DNA of 64,000 nucleotides, from positions 6,908 through 70,907 of the forward strand of contig DASZAY010000009.1 in NCBI GenBank assembly GCA_035944555.1, written 5' to 3'. This document shows positions 1 to 7,943 of the stretch, one piece after another. Source of the DNA: Thermomicrobiales bacterium (GTDB lineage Bacteria; Chloroflexota; Chloroflexia; Thermomicrobiales; UBA6265). A program made the translations under genes and the position numbers. Below the pieces are notes generated by a model. The model had not been told where the DNA came from. It saw only the letters and a list, made by a program, of their open reading frames with translations, and did not search any database. The first letter of the stretch is position 1, and every line of letters starts with the position of its first letter.

Positions 1-985
1 TGCTGATGGTGACTTCGGTGTCGGCCCGGTCCAGCATCACCCAGACCCGGGTCGCCTCGGCGTGCTTGGCGACGTTGGTCAGCGCTTCCTGCGCCACCCG
101 GTAGATGACCAGTTTGACGTTCTGGGGGACCGCCGCCCGCGATCCCCGGTGCTCGAAGCGAACCGGGACGCCGAGCTGGTCGGCGAATCGCTGGCAGAGA
201 TCGGCCAGGGCGTCAGACAACCCAAGGTCGTCCAGGGCAGGCGGGCGAAGCTCCAATGCCAGCCGGCGGACGCTCTCCAGCGCCTGCACCGTCATCTCCT
301 CCAGTTCGCGGGTCACTTCGGCGGTCGGGACGGACGCCGACGCGCGAACCGTGCTGATCTTCAGCAACTGGGCGAACAGGAGCTGGGCCGTATCGTCGTG
401 CAGCTCCCGGGAGAGCCGGCGCCGCTCCTGCTCCTGCGCCTCGATCACCTGTGACGCCAGCGCCTCGATCTCGCGGCGGTCCCGGGCCAGCTCATCCAGG
501 GTGGCGTCAAAGGTTTCGGAGAGGTGGAGGATCTGCGGGTCGGTGAGGGGAGACGGGTTGGTCCGGGCCGACATATCGCCCATGCGCACGGCATTGGCGG
601 TGCGCTGGAGCGCCTCGATCGGGCGGAAGGCGGCGATCAGGACGAGGTAGTTGACCACGACGCTGAGGGGAAAGCCGATCACGAGAAAGGCGGCGATCAG
701 CGTCGACAGCGTCAGCGGCTCATGGTCGCTGGAGAAGTGGTACGTCACCGTCGTGCCGACGACGGCGCCGGTGACGACGATGGTCGCGTTGGCGATCAGG
801 ACCTTATAGAGAATCGGCAGCGTGTGGATCCACGACAGGCGCGGGTGGTGGGTCAGCCGGATCAGGGCGTTGGCCCAGCCCGGCGCCGGCTCGAACGTCG
901 CCGGGACCACCCGTGCCTGCCTGTCCGGTGCGGGATCGGGGGGCTCGGGGGACCGGTGGTTGCGGTGATCGGTAGCGGTACTCAC
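1..985 (-). CDS. sensor histidine kinase (TM + HAMP-like + HisKA_3 + HATPase_c, NarX/DesK type); C-terminus runs off the window start
   Basis: The ORF is open at the window edge, so it is absent from the ORF track. My reverse translation from GTG at 985-983 gives hydrophobic N-terminal segments. It also gives [15 protein letters not shown] (HisKA_3 H-box) and [21 protein letters not shown] (HATPase N-box). Confidence 0.8.
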   Translation of the reverse strand, partial: MSTATDHRNHRSPEPPDPAPDRQARVVPATFEPAPGWANALIRLTHHPRLSWIHTLPILYKVLIANATIVVTGAVVGTTVTYHFSSDHEPLTLSTLIAAFLVIGFPLSVVVNYLVLIAAFRPIEALQRTANAVRMGDMSARTNPSPLTDPQILHLSETFDATLDELARDRREIEALASQVIEAQEQERRRLSRELHDDTAQLLFAQLLKISTVRASASVPTAEVTRELEEMTVQALESVRRLALELRPPALDDLGLSDALADLCQRFADQLGVPVRFEHRGSRAAVPQNVKLVIYRVAQEALTNVAKHAEATRVWVMLDRADTEVTIS

Positions 986-1131
986 GGGTTACCCCCGATG
1001 GTCGCTGGCGCCCTGCCCGCTCCGGGCCGGCGTCACCACGACTGACTGTACAATTCCCGCTTCGTTTCGCCGACCCTGCCGACGATGCCCGTCCGGCATC
1101 GCGGCCGGGGTCGATCTCAGGAGGCAGCCCA

Positions 1132-1623
1132 ATGGCTTCGACCTATTCGTTCGACATCGTCTCCAAGTACGACCAGCAGGAGCTCAAGAACGCCGTCGAT
1201 CAGGCACGTCGGGAGATCGAGACCCGGTACGACCTCAAGGACACCAAGACCGAGCTGGAGCTCAACGACAACGACATCCAGATCAACACCGAGAGCGAGA
1301 TGTCGTTGACGGCGATCCGGGACATCCTCGAGAGCAAGCTCGTCCGCCGGAACCTGTCGCTCAAGATCCTCGATTACCAGGATGAGGAGACCGCTTCCGG
1401 TGGGCGGGTGCGTCAGACGATCAGGCTCCGGGAGGGGATCCCCGACGACGTCGCCAAGTCGCTGACCAAGCAGATCCGGGAGCACAGCAAGAAGGTCACG
1501 CCGCAGATCCAGGGCGACGCGGTCCGGGTCCAGGCCAAGAGCAAGGACGAACTGCAGGACATCATCCAGATGCTCAAGGCTGAGGATCTGTCCGTCGCCC
1601 TCCAGTTCATCAACTTCCGCTAG
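1132..1623 (+). CDS. yajQ: YajQ/UPF0234 family nucleotide (c-di-GMP)-binding protein
   Basis: 163-aa ORF. The sequence [29 protein letters not shown]... resembles YajQ along its full length. GGAGG lies 7 nt upstream of the ATG. Confidence 0.9.
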   Translation: MASTYSFDIVSKYDQQELKNAVDQARREIETRYDLKDTKTELELNDNDIQINTESEMSLTAIRDILESKLVRRNLSLKILDYQDEETASGGRVRQTIRLREGIPDDVAKSLTKQIREHSKKVTPQIQGDAVRVQAKSKDELQDIIQMLKAEDLSVALQFINFR

Positions 1624-1631
1624 CCCACCTC

Positions 1632-1665
1632 GTCGAAGCCCCGGAGCCGGCTCCGGGGCTTCGAC
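1632..1665. terminator. bidirectional hairpin between convergent yajQ and the acyltransferase gene
   Basis: GUCGAAGCCCCGGAGCC/GGCUCCGGGGCUUCGAC, a 34-nt perfect palindrome. Confidence 0.6.
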
Positions 1666-1666
1666 G

Positions 1667-2821
1667 TCAATGGCTGTCCGGCCAGACGCGCTGGAAGATC
1701 GACCACTGGTCGGGCTCGGCTCCGATCTCCCGCTCCAGAGCCGCGACCATCCGGCGCATACCCGCCTCGATATCGGCTGCGGCATCGCTCGTTCGCTCGA
1801 CCATGAACGGTTCCTGGGAACGAATTACGTGCCGGCGTCCCTCGCGCCGGGCGAAGACGGGCAGGATCGCCGCCCCGGTGTCCCGCGCGATCCGGACGGC
1901 ACCCGGCGGCAGGGTGGTCTCCGAGCCGAAGAACGACACGGGAAGGCCGTTCTGGAAGAAGTCGCGGTCGGTGACGATCCCGACCATCGCTCCGCGGCGC
2001 AGCGAGCGGTACAGCTCCCGGACGCCCGAAGGCGTTGGCTCGACGACGAGAGCGCCGTGCGACCCGCGCAGGTACGCGATCGCGTCGAACAGCACGCGAT
2101 AGGTCGTGCGTCCCGTCAGCGCGGTGCACGGGTAGCCGCGGTTGGTTAATCCGACGCCGATCATGTCGAAGGACCCGAGGTGGCCAGTCAGGACGATCAC
2201 GCCCTTCGTGTCTGATCGGAGCCGCTCCATGCGTTCGATCGTCTCGTCGTCGAAGGTGACATCCCGGGCAAGGTCGTCGGGCGACTGGTGTGGGGTCGTC
2301 AACAGATCGAGGATGTTGTGGATCCCGTTCCGGCTGATGCTCCGGGTCGTGCGCTCGACGAGGGCCGGGTCGGCGTCGGGTCCGAGGACGTGGCGGAGGT
2401 TGTCCTGGATGTTCTCCCGGAACCCGCTGTTCAGCCGGAACACCAGCGACCCGATCATCATCCCCAGCGCCAGGCGGACGCGATAGGGAAGCGCGGCCGC
2501 GAAGCGCGATACGATCCGGACCGTCAGGATGCTCAGTCGGTGGCGGATCGGGTCCCGCTTCTCCCGCCGGAACGCCAACTGAGTCCGGATTCGCGTCGCG
2601 CGTTCCTGGACATTGGCGACCCGGCGATGGGTGTTTTCCTGGACGTCGCTGGCCGTCTGCTGCACCCGATCGGCCTGGCGATGCACCCGTGTGCGCAGTT
2701 CATCGCGGATGATCTCGGGAACGGTCGTTATGGGCCCATCTGTCGGCTGGTCGCCGGTCTCTGGTGGCATGGTCTCCTGGCGGTCGGTCACGGTAGGACC
2801 TGGTTGCAACTGCTCCGTCAT
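1667..2821 (-). CDS. lysophospholipid/lipid A-type acyltransferase (LPLAT, HtrB/PatA-like) with an approximately 80-aa N-terminal extension
   Basis: 384-aa ORF with an HX4D motif (HLGSFD) and an LPLAT-like core (VIVLTGHLGSFD...GIVTDRD...PPGAVRIA). Its ATG overlaps the stop of the upstream CDP-alcohol transferase gene (ATGA coupling). Confidence 0.75.
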   Translation of the reverse strand: MTEQLQPGPTVTDRQETMPPETGDQPTDGPITTVPEIIRDELRTRVHRQADRVQQTASDVQENTHRRVANVQERATRIRTQLAFRREKRDPIRHRLSILTVRIVSRFAAALPYRVRLALGMMIGSLVFRLNSGFRENIQDNLRHVLGPDADPALVERTTRSISRNGIHNILDLLTTPHQSPDDLARDVTFDDETIERMERLRSDTKGVIVLTGHLGSFDMIGVGLTNRGYPCTALTGRTTYRVLFDAIAYLRGSHGALVVEPTPSGVRELYRSLRRGAMVGIVTDRDFFQNGLPVSFFGSETTLPPGAVRIARDTGAAILPVFARREGRRHVIRSQEPFMVERTSDAAADIEAGMRRMVAALEREIGAEPDQWSIFQRVWPDSH

Positions 2822-3525
2822 GTCCGATCGTCCGCAGCGGTCGACACCACACCGGGCTCGGCCGTCGGCGGCGAGGACAATGGCGCTGTCCTGCTTCCCC
2901 GGCTACTGGCGATGATCATGTCCCAGGCATCAAAGATGACCGGCAGACCCCGGATGATGGTCAGCGCGACCGACAGCCAGACCGTACCCCAGCCGATCAC
3001 CAGGTACGGGATGAAGTCGTGCAGGGTCTCGACCCAGGTCCCGGGCGCATCGGGCTGCTGGCTGCCCCAGTACCCGACGAGAAAGACGAAGCCGGCGGCC
3101 TTGGCATATCCGAACAGGGCGCGCATGAACCGGCCGGCGGTCAGCCAGCGCGTGAGGGGGGATCGCATCATGTTGTTCGTGCCGAACGCCGTCATCCCGT
3201 CGGCGTAGGACATCGAGCGCAGCCCATCGACGATGAAGCCGCGGGTCAGGACCAGCAGCGGGACCCAGAGCGGGATCGGCCCGAGGACGGCGAACGTTAC
3301 CCAGAGGACGTTCTCCACAATCCGGTCGCCGACGATATCCAGCACGGCGCCGAAGGCAGACGTGCTGTTCCGCTTGCGGGCCACCCAGCCGTCGACCCCG
3401 TCCGAGGCGAAGACGACGATGATCAGGATCATCGAGATCGCCGTGACGTTCGATCCGCCGAGGGTAAACAGGGCCACGACGGCGAACATCAGGATCAGCC
3501 GGGCAACGGTGATGAGATTCGCCAT
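2818..3525 (-). CDS. CDP-alcohol phosphatidyltransferase (PgsA / phosphatidylinositol-phosphate synthase-like)
   Basis: Contains the motif DGVDGWVARKRNSTSAFGAVLDIVGDRIVE, which fits DG(x2)AR(x8)G(x3)D(x3)D. It is a multi-TM protein. I chose the start at MANLITVARL (ATG 3525) rather than the longer ORF-track start at 3618. Confidence 0.8.
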   Translation of the reverse strand: MANLITVARLILMFAVVALFTLGGSNVTAISMILIIVVFASDGVDGWVARKRNSTSAFGAVLDIVGDRIVENVLWVTFAVLGPIPLWVPLLVLTRGFIVDGLRSMSYADGMTAFGTNNMMRSPLTRWLTAGRFMRALFGYAKAAGFVFLVGYWGSQQPDAPGTWVETLHDFIPYLVIGWGTVWLSVALTIIRGLPVIFDAWDMIIASSRGSRTAPLSSPPTAEPGVVSTAADDRT

Positions 3526-3665
3526 GCGCGACGACTTGCCCTCATTTGCGAACGCGTCCACCGGAGAAGCGTGCGCCTCTGTGAGTCGGGAGGACGGCTG
3601 TGCGCCTGAACACCACAACGGCGTGCGACGTGATGCGAATCACGTCGCGTCGGCGCCAGCTATTG

Positions 3666-4625
3666 CTACCAGAGCAGTGTAACGGCTGCCACCCACGCCA
3701 GGATCTGGACCCAGACACCCATACCAAGCACAAACCGGCCTGCGAATAGCTCGTGACTGGCGACGAGGAGCCCCGTGACCATGCTCATTACACCGAGCAG
3801 CGTCGCCACGACGGGGACTCTCCAGATCGTCGTCGCGTCTCCCATCTGACTCACCAGACCGTCGGCGTCCAGTCCGAGGGCGATCGGCGCCGAGATCGTG
3901 CCCGAGCGAACCCAGACAAGCACCCAGAGTGCCGCAAGCGACAGGACGATCAGCGCCGCCAGCTGCTGTGAGACCGGATCCTCCAGTGCGCCGGACGGAG
4001 CACGTCGCGCCCGGGGCCGGCCACTCCGGCCATCGCTCTGGCCCACTGCCCGGTGACGATCGGACCAGGAGGGCGCCGGGATGACGTCATCGTCGTCCTC
4101 GGCCGGGGCAGGACGTGGGCGAACCTCCGGGGCCTGCTCGGGCCAGGATGCCGGGCGTGAGCGGGTTCGCGGTTGAGGGCGGGGATCGTGTGCCGTGGCT
4201 CCATAGTCTACAGCTCGCCGGTCAGGTCCACCGAGGGGACGCGGGGTCCCTGGCAGTCGGTCATCGGGCAGCGAGTCGTCCCGACGGCGGCCCATCCACG
4301 CCGGGGCACCATCCGGAAGCTCGGCTGACGGAAGGCTGTTGACCGGCGCGGCATAGCGTCCGGTACCACGCCCCCGGCTTGCCGGAGGATCGGTCCAGGA
4401 CGGCTGGGAGGACGGAGGGCGGACATGGCTGCTGGAGCCGGCAACCGGGTCGCGGCGGGTTCGCAGCGGGGGCGCCTCATCGAACCGTCGGTCGTCCCCA
4501 CGGGATGTCCCCCGGTCGTCGGACCAGTTCCGTTCGGGGTTGGCGGGCCGGCCGCGGGACTGGTCGGACATGCCTCTCTCTCGGCGAGTGGGTGCTGGAT
4601 CGGTGGCGGGAACCGGTCCGGTCAT
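3666..4625 (-). CDS. hypothetical membrane protein (Pro/Arg-rich disordered N-terminal region plus C-terminal TM helices)
   Basis: 319-aa ORF. The C-terminal 100 aa form convincing hydrophobic helices (LAALIVLSLAALWVLVWV..., VVATLLGVMSMVTGLLVA, GMGVWVQILAWVAAVTLLW). The start is uncertain, with an alternative at ATG 4571. I recognised no family. Confidence 0.45.
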   Translation of the reverse strand: MTGPVPATDPAPTRRERGMSDQSRGRPANPERNWSDDRGTSRGDDRRFDEAPPLRTRRDPVAGSSSHVRPPSSQPSWTDPPASRGRGTGRYAAPVNSLPSAELPDGAPAWMGRRRDDSLPDDRLPGTPRPLGGPDRRAVDYGATAHDPRPQPRTRSRPASWPEQAPEVRPRPAPAEDDDDVIPAPSWSDRHRAVGQSDGRSGRPRARRAPSGALEDPVSQQLAALIVLSLAALWVLVWVRSGTISAPIALGLDADGLVSQMGDATTIWRVPVVATLLGVMSMVTGLLVASHELFAGRFVLGMGVWVQILAWVAAVTLLW

Positions 4626-4647
4626 GAGTCAGGAGTGGTCGCAGGAT

Positions 4648-4685
4648 AGCACGACGCCCGGCCGAAATCGGCCGGGCGTCGTGCT
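4648..4685 (-). terminator. hairpin terminator after the PPIase gene
   Basis: AGCACGACGCCCGGCC-N6-GGCCGGGCGUCGUGCU, a 16-bp perfect stem 18 nt after the stop at 4703. Confidence 0.6.
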
Positions 4686-4702
4686 CAGGAACCGGAGCGT
4701 CG

Positions 4703-6208
4703 TCAGGCGACGGGTGTAGCGACGGGCGTCCCGGGATCGGCCGTTGCCGGATCGGGCGTCCCACCGATCGTGACCGGGGTGCCGGCGTCGAACACGGGCG
4801 CACTGGCCGCCGCGCCGGTCGGGGCATTGACCGGCGGGGTGAACGCATCAGTGGCGGGCGTCGGCGTCGGATCGAGGTCACCGGACACGTTCGCCTCGGC
4901 TGCGCGGGCGTCCAGCCACTCCTGCACCGCCGCTTCCCGCACGGCGGTCAGCTGGTCTTCCGTGAATCCGCGGTCGGGGGACGATTCGAGGACCTGGACG
5001 ATTTCCCACCCGTATGGCGTCTGGAACGGCTGGGTGATCGTTCCGGGTTCGAGCCCGGACACGGCATCCCACATCGACGTCTCGACGTCGTAGCGGGAGA
5101 ACCAGCCGAGGTCGCCACCATTGGGAGCGGTCGCGGTATCGGCCGACAGTGTCCGTGCCAGCTCGGCGAAGTTGGCGCCGGCGCTCAGCTGGTCGTAGGT
5201 CTGCTGAGCAAGTTCCTGCGTCGAGAGCAGGATGTGCTGCGCATGGACCTGTGGACCGGACTGCCCGACCGAGTCATGGATCGATGCGGACACGCGCTCG
5301 CGGGCGAGGGCCGGCCGGGCGACCCACTGGATGTAATCAGACTCCTCGACGTTCGCCGCCTCGAATGCCCGCTCACGGTACTGCCGGAATCCGGTCTCGG
5401 CCTGATCGCGAGCGGACATCGCGTCTGGCGCCGGGGTTCCTTCAGCGGCCGGCGTGCCGGGGAGCGGGGTGCTGGCCGCATCCCCACCGGCAATCGGGGT
5501 AGCAGCGATCGGCGTACCGGCCCCGTCGACCGCCGGGGTCCCAGCCAGGGGATCTGGCGTGGTCGTCCCGGTCACCGCGGAGACGGCGGCCGTCTGGGTC
5601 GCCCACGAAGCGCGTTCCGGGATCAGCGTCGGCTCAGGAGTCGGCGTGATCAGCGGAGTTCCCTCCGGCGCGAACTGGTTGAGGACGAACGTGTCAACTT
5701 CCTCATCCGTGATATCGATGCCCTGCTCGGAGGCGTACTGGACGAACAGCTGATCCTCGACCAGGGTCTGCAGGAACTGCTGGTTGACGTCCGTGGAGCC
5801 CCAAAGGTCGTCCAGCTCGGCCTGGGCATTGGCGGCAGCGTTCTGATACTGGGAGGCCTGGTCGCCACTGACGACGCCAGCCAGGTAGGAGTACTGGTCC
5901 ACTTGGTTGACCAGGGAGATCCCGCGTGCCTGCCAGTAATCCTCACGCGTAATGTCGGTGCCATTGACACTCGCCAGCGTCTGGCGCGGACGGATGACAT
6001 CGGTCCAGATATAGGTACCGATCAGGATCACGGCGAGCAGACCGGCTACGGCGCCGAGACCGATGTAGAGCTGCTTCTGGCGCCTCGCCTCGCGTTCCGC
6101 GCGGGAGATACGCTTCGGCCGGTTGGGGGCGTTGCGGGACTTGGGCAGGCGCGCCTGCCGGATATCCGTTCGCTGCTGCCGACGGGGCCTTTGCTCTGCC
6201 ACGGTCAT
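4703..6208 (-). CDS. membrane-anchored parvulin-type peptidyl-prolyl cis-trans isomerase (PrsA/SurA-like)
   Basis: Rotamase core HAQHILLSTQELAQQTYDQL...GGDLGWFSRYDV...YGWEIVQV. One N-terminal TM helix and a Pro/Thr/Ala-rich linker. The start was set at MTVAEQ (ATG 6208), which is preceded by GAGGGA. Confidence 0.8.
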   Translation of the reverse strand: MTVAEQRPRRQQRTDIRQARLPKSRNAPNRPKRISRAEREARRQKQLYIGLGAVAGLLAVILIGTYIWTDVIRPRQTLASVNGTDITREDYWQARGISLVNQVDQYSYLAGVVSGDQASQYQNAAANAQAELDDLWGSTDVNQQFLQTLVEDQLFVQYASEQGIDITDEEVDTFVLNQFAPEGTPLITPTPEPTLIPERASWATQTAAVSAVTGTTTPDPLAGTPAVDGAGTPIAATPIAGGDAASTPLPGTPAAEGTPAPDAMSARDQAETGFRQYRERAFEAANVEESDYIQWVARPALARERVSASIHDSVGQSGPQVHAQHILLSTQELAQQTYDQLSAGANFAELARTLSADTATAPNGGDLGWFSRYDVETSMWDAVSGLEPGTITQPFQTPYGWEIVQVLESSPDRGFTEDQLTAVREAAVQEWLDARAAEANVSGDLDPTPTPATDAFTPPVNAPTGAAASAPVFDAGTPVTIGGTPDPATADPGTPVATPVA

Positions 6209-6334
6209 TCCCTCAAGCCGGTTCGCGGGGCTCGAGCCGTGTGGCCGGTCCCCGCACGTAGTAACCATCCCGATACGACGAACGCACCGCCCGGCGGCCC
6301 GGTTCCCCGGCGTCAAGCGGTGCGTTTGTGGCCT

Positions 6335-6361
6335 GGCGACCGGAAGTCGGGTCCGGTCGCC
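6335..6361 (-). terminator. hairpin downstream of ssb (GGCGACCGGA / TCCGGTCGCC)
   Basis: 10-bp perfect stem read directly from the sequence, 13 nt after the ssb stop. There is no clear U-tract. Confidence 0.5.
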
Positions 6362-6373
6362 GGGCGGGTGTCG

Positions 6374-6847
6374 CTAGAACGGAACGTCGTCCATGTCGCC
6401 GTAATCGGCTTCATTTCCCTGCGGCTGCTGGCGGCCACCACCGCCGCGCTGGCCACCGCCACCGTAATTGCCGCCGCCAGCGCCGCCACCCTCACTACCG
6501 CCGCCGCGTCCACCGACGAGCTGGAACTCGGAGGCGTTGACGTCGAGGGAGCTGCGCTGGGTGCCGTCCTGGGCCGTGTACTCGCGGAGTTCGACCCGGC
6601 CCTCGACGTAGATCTCGCGACCTTTGGCGAGTGCGCCGTTCTGGGTGAGCTTGTCCAGGGTCTCGGCGAGCTTGCCCCAGGCGGTAACCCGGAACCAGGT
6701 CGTCGACTCCTGCTGCTGACCATCCCGGTCGTTGAATCGGCGGCTGGTCGCGACGGAGAACTGCACGTTCATCGCGCCGCCCGGGGTGTAACGGGTTTCC
6801 GGATCACGGCCGAGATTGCCGATGATGTGAATCTTGTTGTAGCTCAT
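6374..6847 (-). CDS. ssb: single-stranded DNA-binding protein
   Basis: OB-fold N-terminus MSYNKIHIIGNLGRDPETRYTPGG, a Gly-rich linker and an acidic C-terminal tip DDVPF. Confidence 0.95.
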   Translation of the reverse strand: MSYNKIHIIGNLGRDPETRYTPGGAMNVQFSVATSRRFNDRDGQQQESTTWFRVTAWGKLAETLDKLTQNGALAKGREIYVEGRVELREYTAQDGTQRSSLDVNASEFQLVGGRGGGSEGGGAGGGNYGGGGQRGGGGRQQPQGNEADYGDMDDVPF

Positions 6848-6872
6848 CTGGCCTCCGTGCTACCCGTCACGC

Positions 6873-7715
6873 CTACCGCTCGGTGGCGTCCTCGGACGGG
6901 GTGCTGTCAGTGGCGGACGCGGTGCCCTCGCCGGAGACGGGGTCCGCGGCGGCCGGGATCTCCTCACCGGTCGCGCCGGTGACCGGGGCGGACGAAGCCG
7001 CCTCGCTGATCTCGGTTCCGGCAGCCGGGACATGGTCCGACGCGACCGCGTCGGTCGTGTCAGTCGCCTCGGCGACCTCCGCGGATGCGGCATTGGCCGC
7101 AGCGCCCTCACCCGCAGGAGCGCCGGCAGCAGCCCCCGTGTCGGTTGCTGGCGCGGTCTCGGCGGTCGGCGTGGCGGCCGGAGCAGGCTGCTGCTGCGTG
7201 GGGGCATTCTGCTGGGCGGCGGCCTGCTGGGCAGCCTGCTGCGCGGCAGCGGCCTGGCGCTGAGCCTCCTCAGCCTCGCGGGCCGCGGCGGCGTTGCGGA
7301 GCAGGTCGCCGGCGGCGATCTCGGTGCGCTCGGTCGGGGTGGCGGGCTCGGCGCCCTCCTCACCCTCGCCACCGGCCTTGATTGGCGGAGCCTCGTAGAC
7401 GGTGATCATGTGCCGCAGCACCCGCTCGTCCAGCTTGAGGTCACGCTCCAGTTCCGAGACCTGACCCGGGACGAGATCGAACTGAATCACGCTGTAGAAA
7501 CCGTCGCGGACATCCCGGCCGTTGTGGCGGATCGGGTAGGCGAACCGGCGCCGGCCCCAGGGAGCCTCGTGCGAGATCTGGTAGACGGTTCCACCGGCGG
7601 TGCGGACATAGCCGGTAACGGTCTCGAGCTGATCGAGGACCTGATCGTCGCCGACCTCGGGAGTGAAAATCGTCATCAGCTCATAGCTGCGAGCGGCAGG
7701 AGAGTAGTCGCGCAA
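6873..7715 (-). CDS. rpsF: 30S ribosomal protein S6 with a long Ala/Gln/Glu/Thr-rich C-terminal extension
   Basis: S6 core YELMTIFTPEVGDDQ...GRRRFAYPI...GFYSVIQFD...ERVLRHM. The start was set at TTG 7715, with GGAAGGAG 6 nt upstream. I rejected the longer ORF-track start at 7862. Confidence 0.85.
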   Translation of the reverse strand: MRDYSPAARSYELMTIFTPEVGDDQVLDQLETVTGYVRTAGGTVYQISHEAPWGRRRFAYPIRHNGRDVRDGFYSVIQFDLVPGQVSELERDLKLDERVLRHMITVYEAPPIKAGGEGEEGAEPATPTERTEIAAGDLLRNAAAAREAEEAQRQAAAAQQAAQQAAAQQNAPTQQQPAPAATPTAETAPATDTGAAAGAPAGEGAAANAASAEVAEATDTTDAVASDHVPAAGTEISEAASSAPVTGATGEEIPAAADPVSGEGTASATDSTPSEDATER

Positions 7716-7943
7716 CGGGGGCTCCTTCCCATGGAGTCGCCTCGTCCGCGGGTACCGGGGTTGCGCTCCCGGGCCGGGAAGAGGCGGAAAGGCACGATGC
7801 CGGTTGGCATCTGCGGCTTTACGAAACAGTCGGATGACGCGCACGGCAACGCCGCCGGGCACACAGGCGGGCGACGATCGGCCGAAAGCAGACGGGGGAG
7901 TATAGCACGGGCATGGTATCGCACCTGACCCGTGCCGCCCGGC

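Noticed and set aside
5234-6982. 582-aa plus-strand ORF, and similar long plus-strand or minus-strand shadow ORFs such as 14928..16586, 7932..9203, 22187..23473 and 58428..59660
   Set aside because: Each overlaps a well-supported gene on the opposite strand (PPIase/ssb, gcvPB, the CysRS-like gene, the Excalibur protein, or the SGNH gene and trp leader). Their products have Arg/Gly/Pro-rich nonsense composition.
6873-7862. 329-aa version of the S6 ORF starting at 7862
   Set aside because: The extra 48 N-terminal residues are Arg/Pro-rich with no Shine-Dalgarno sequence. The TTG at 7715 is preceded by GGAAGGAG and gives the canonical S6 N-terminus.
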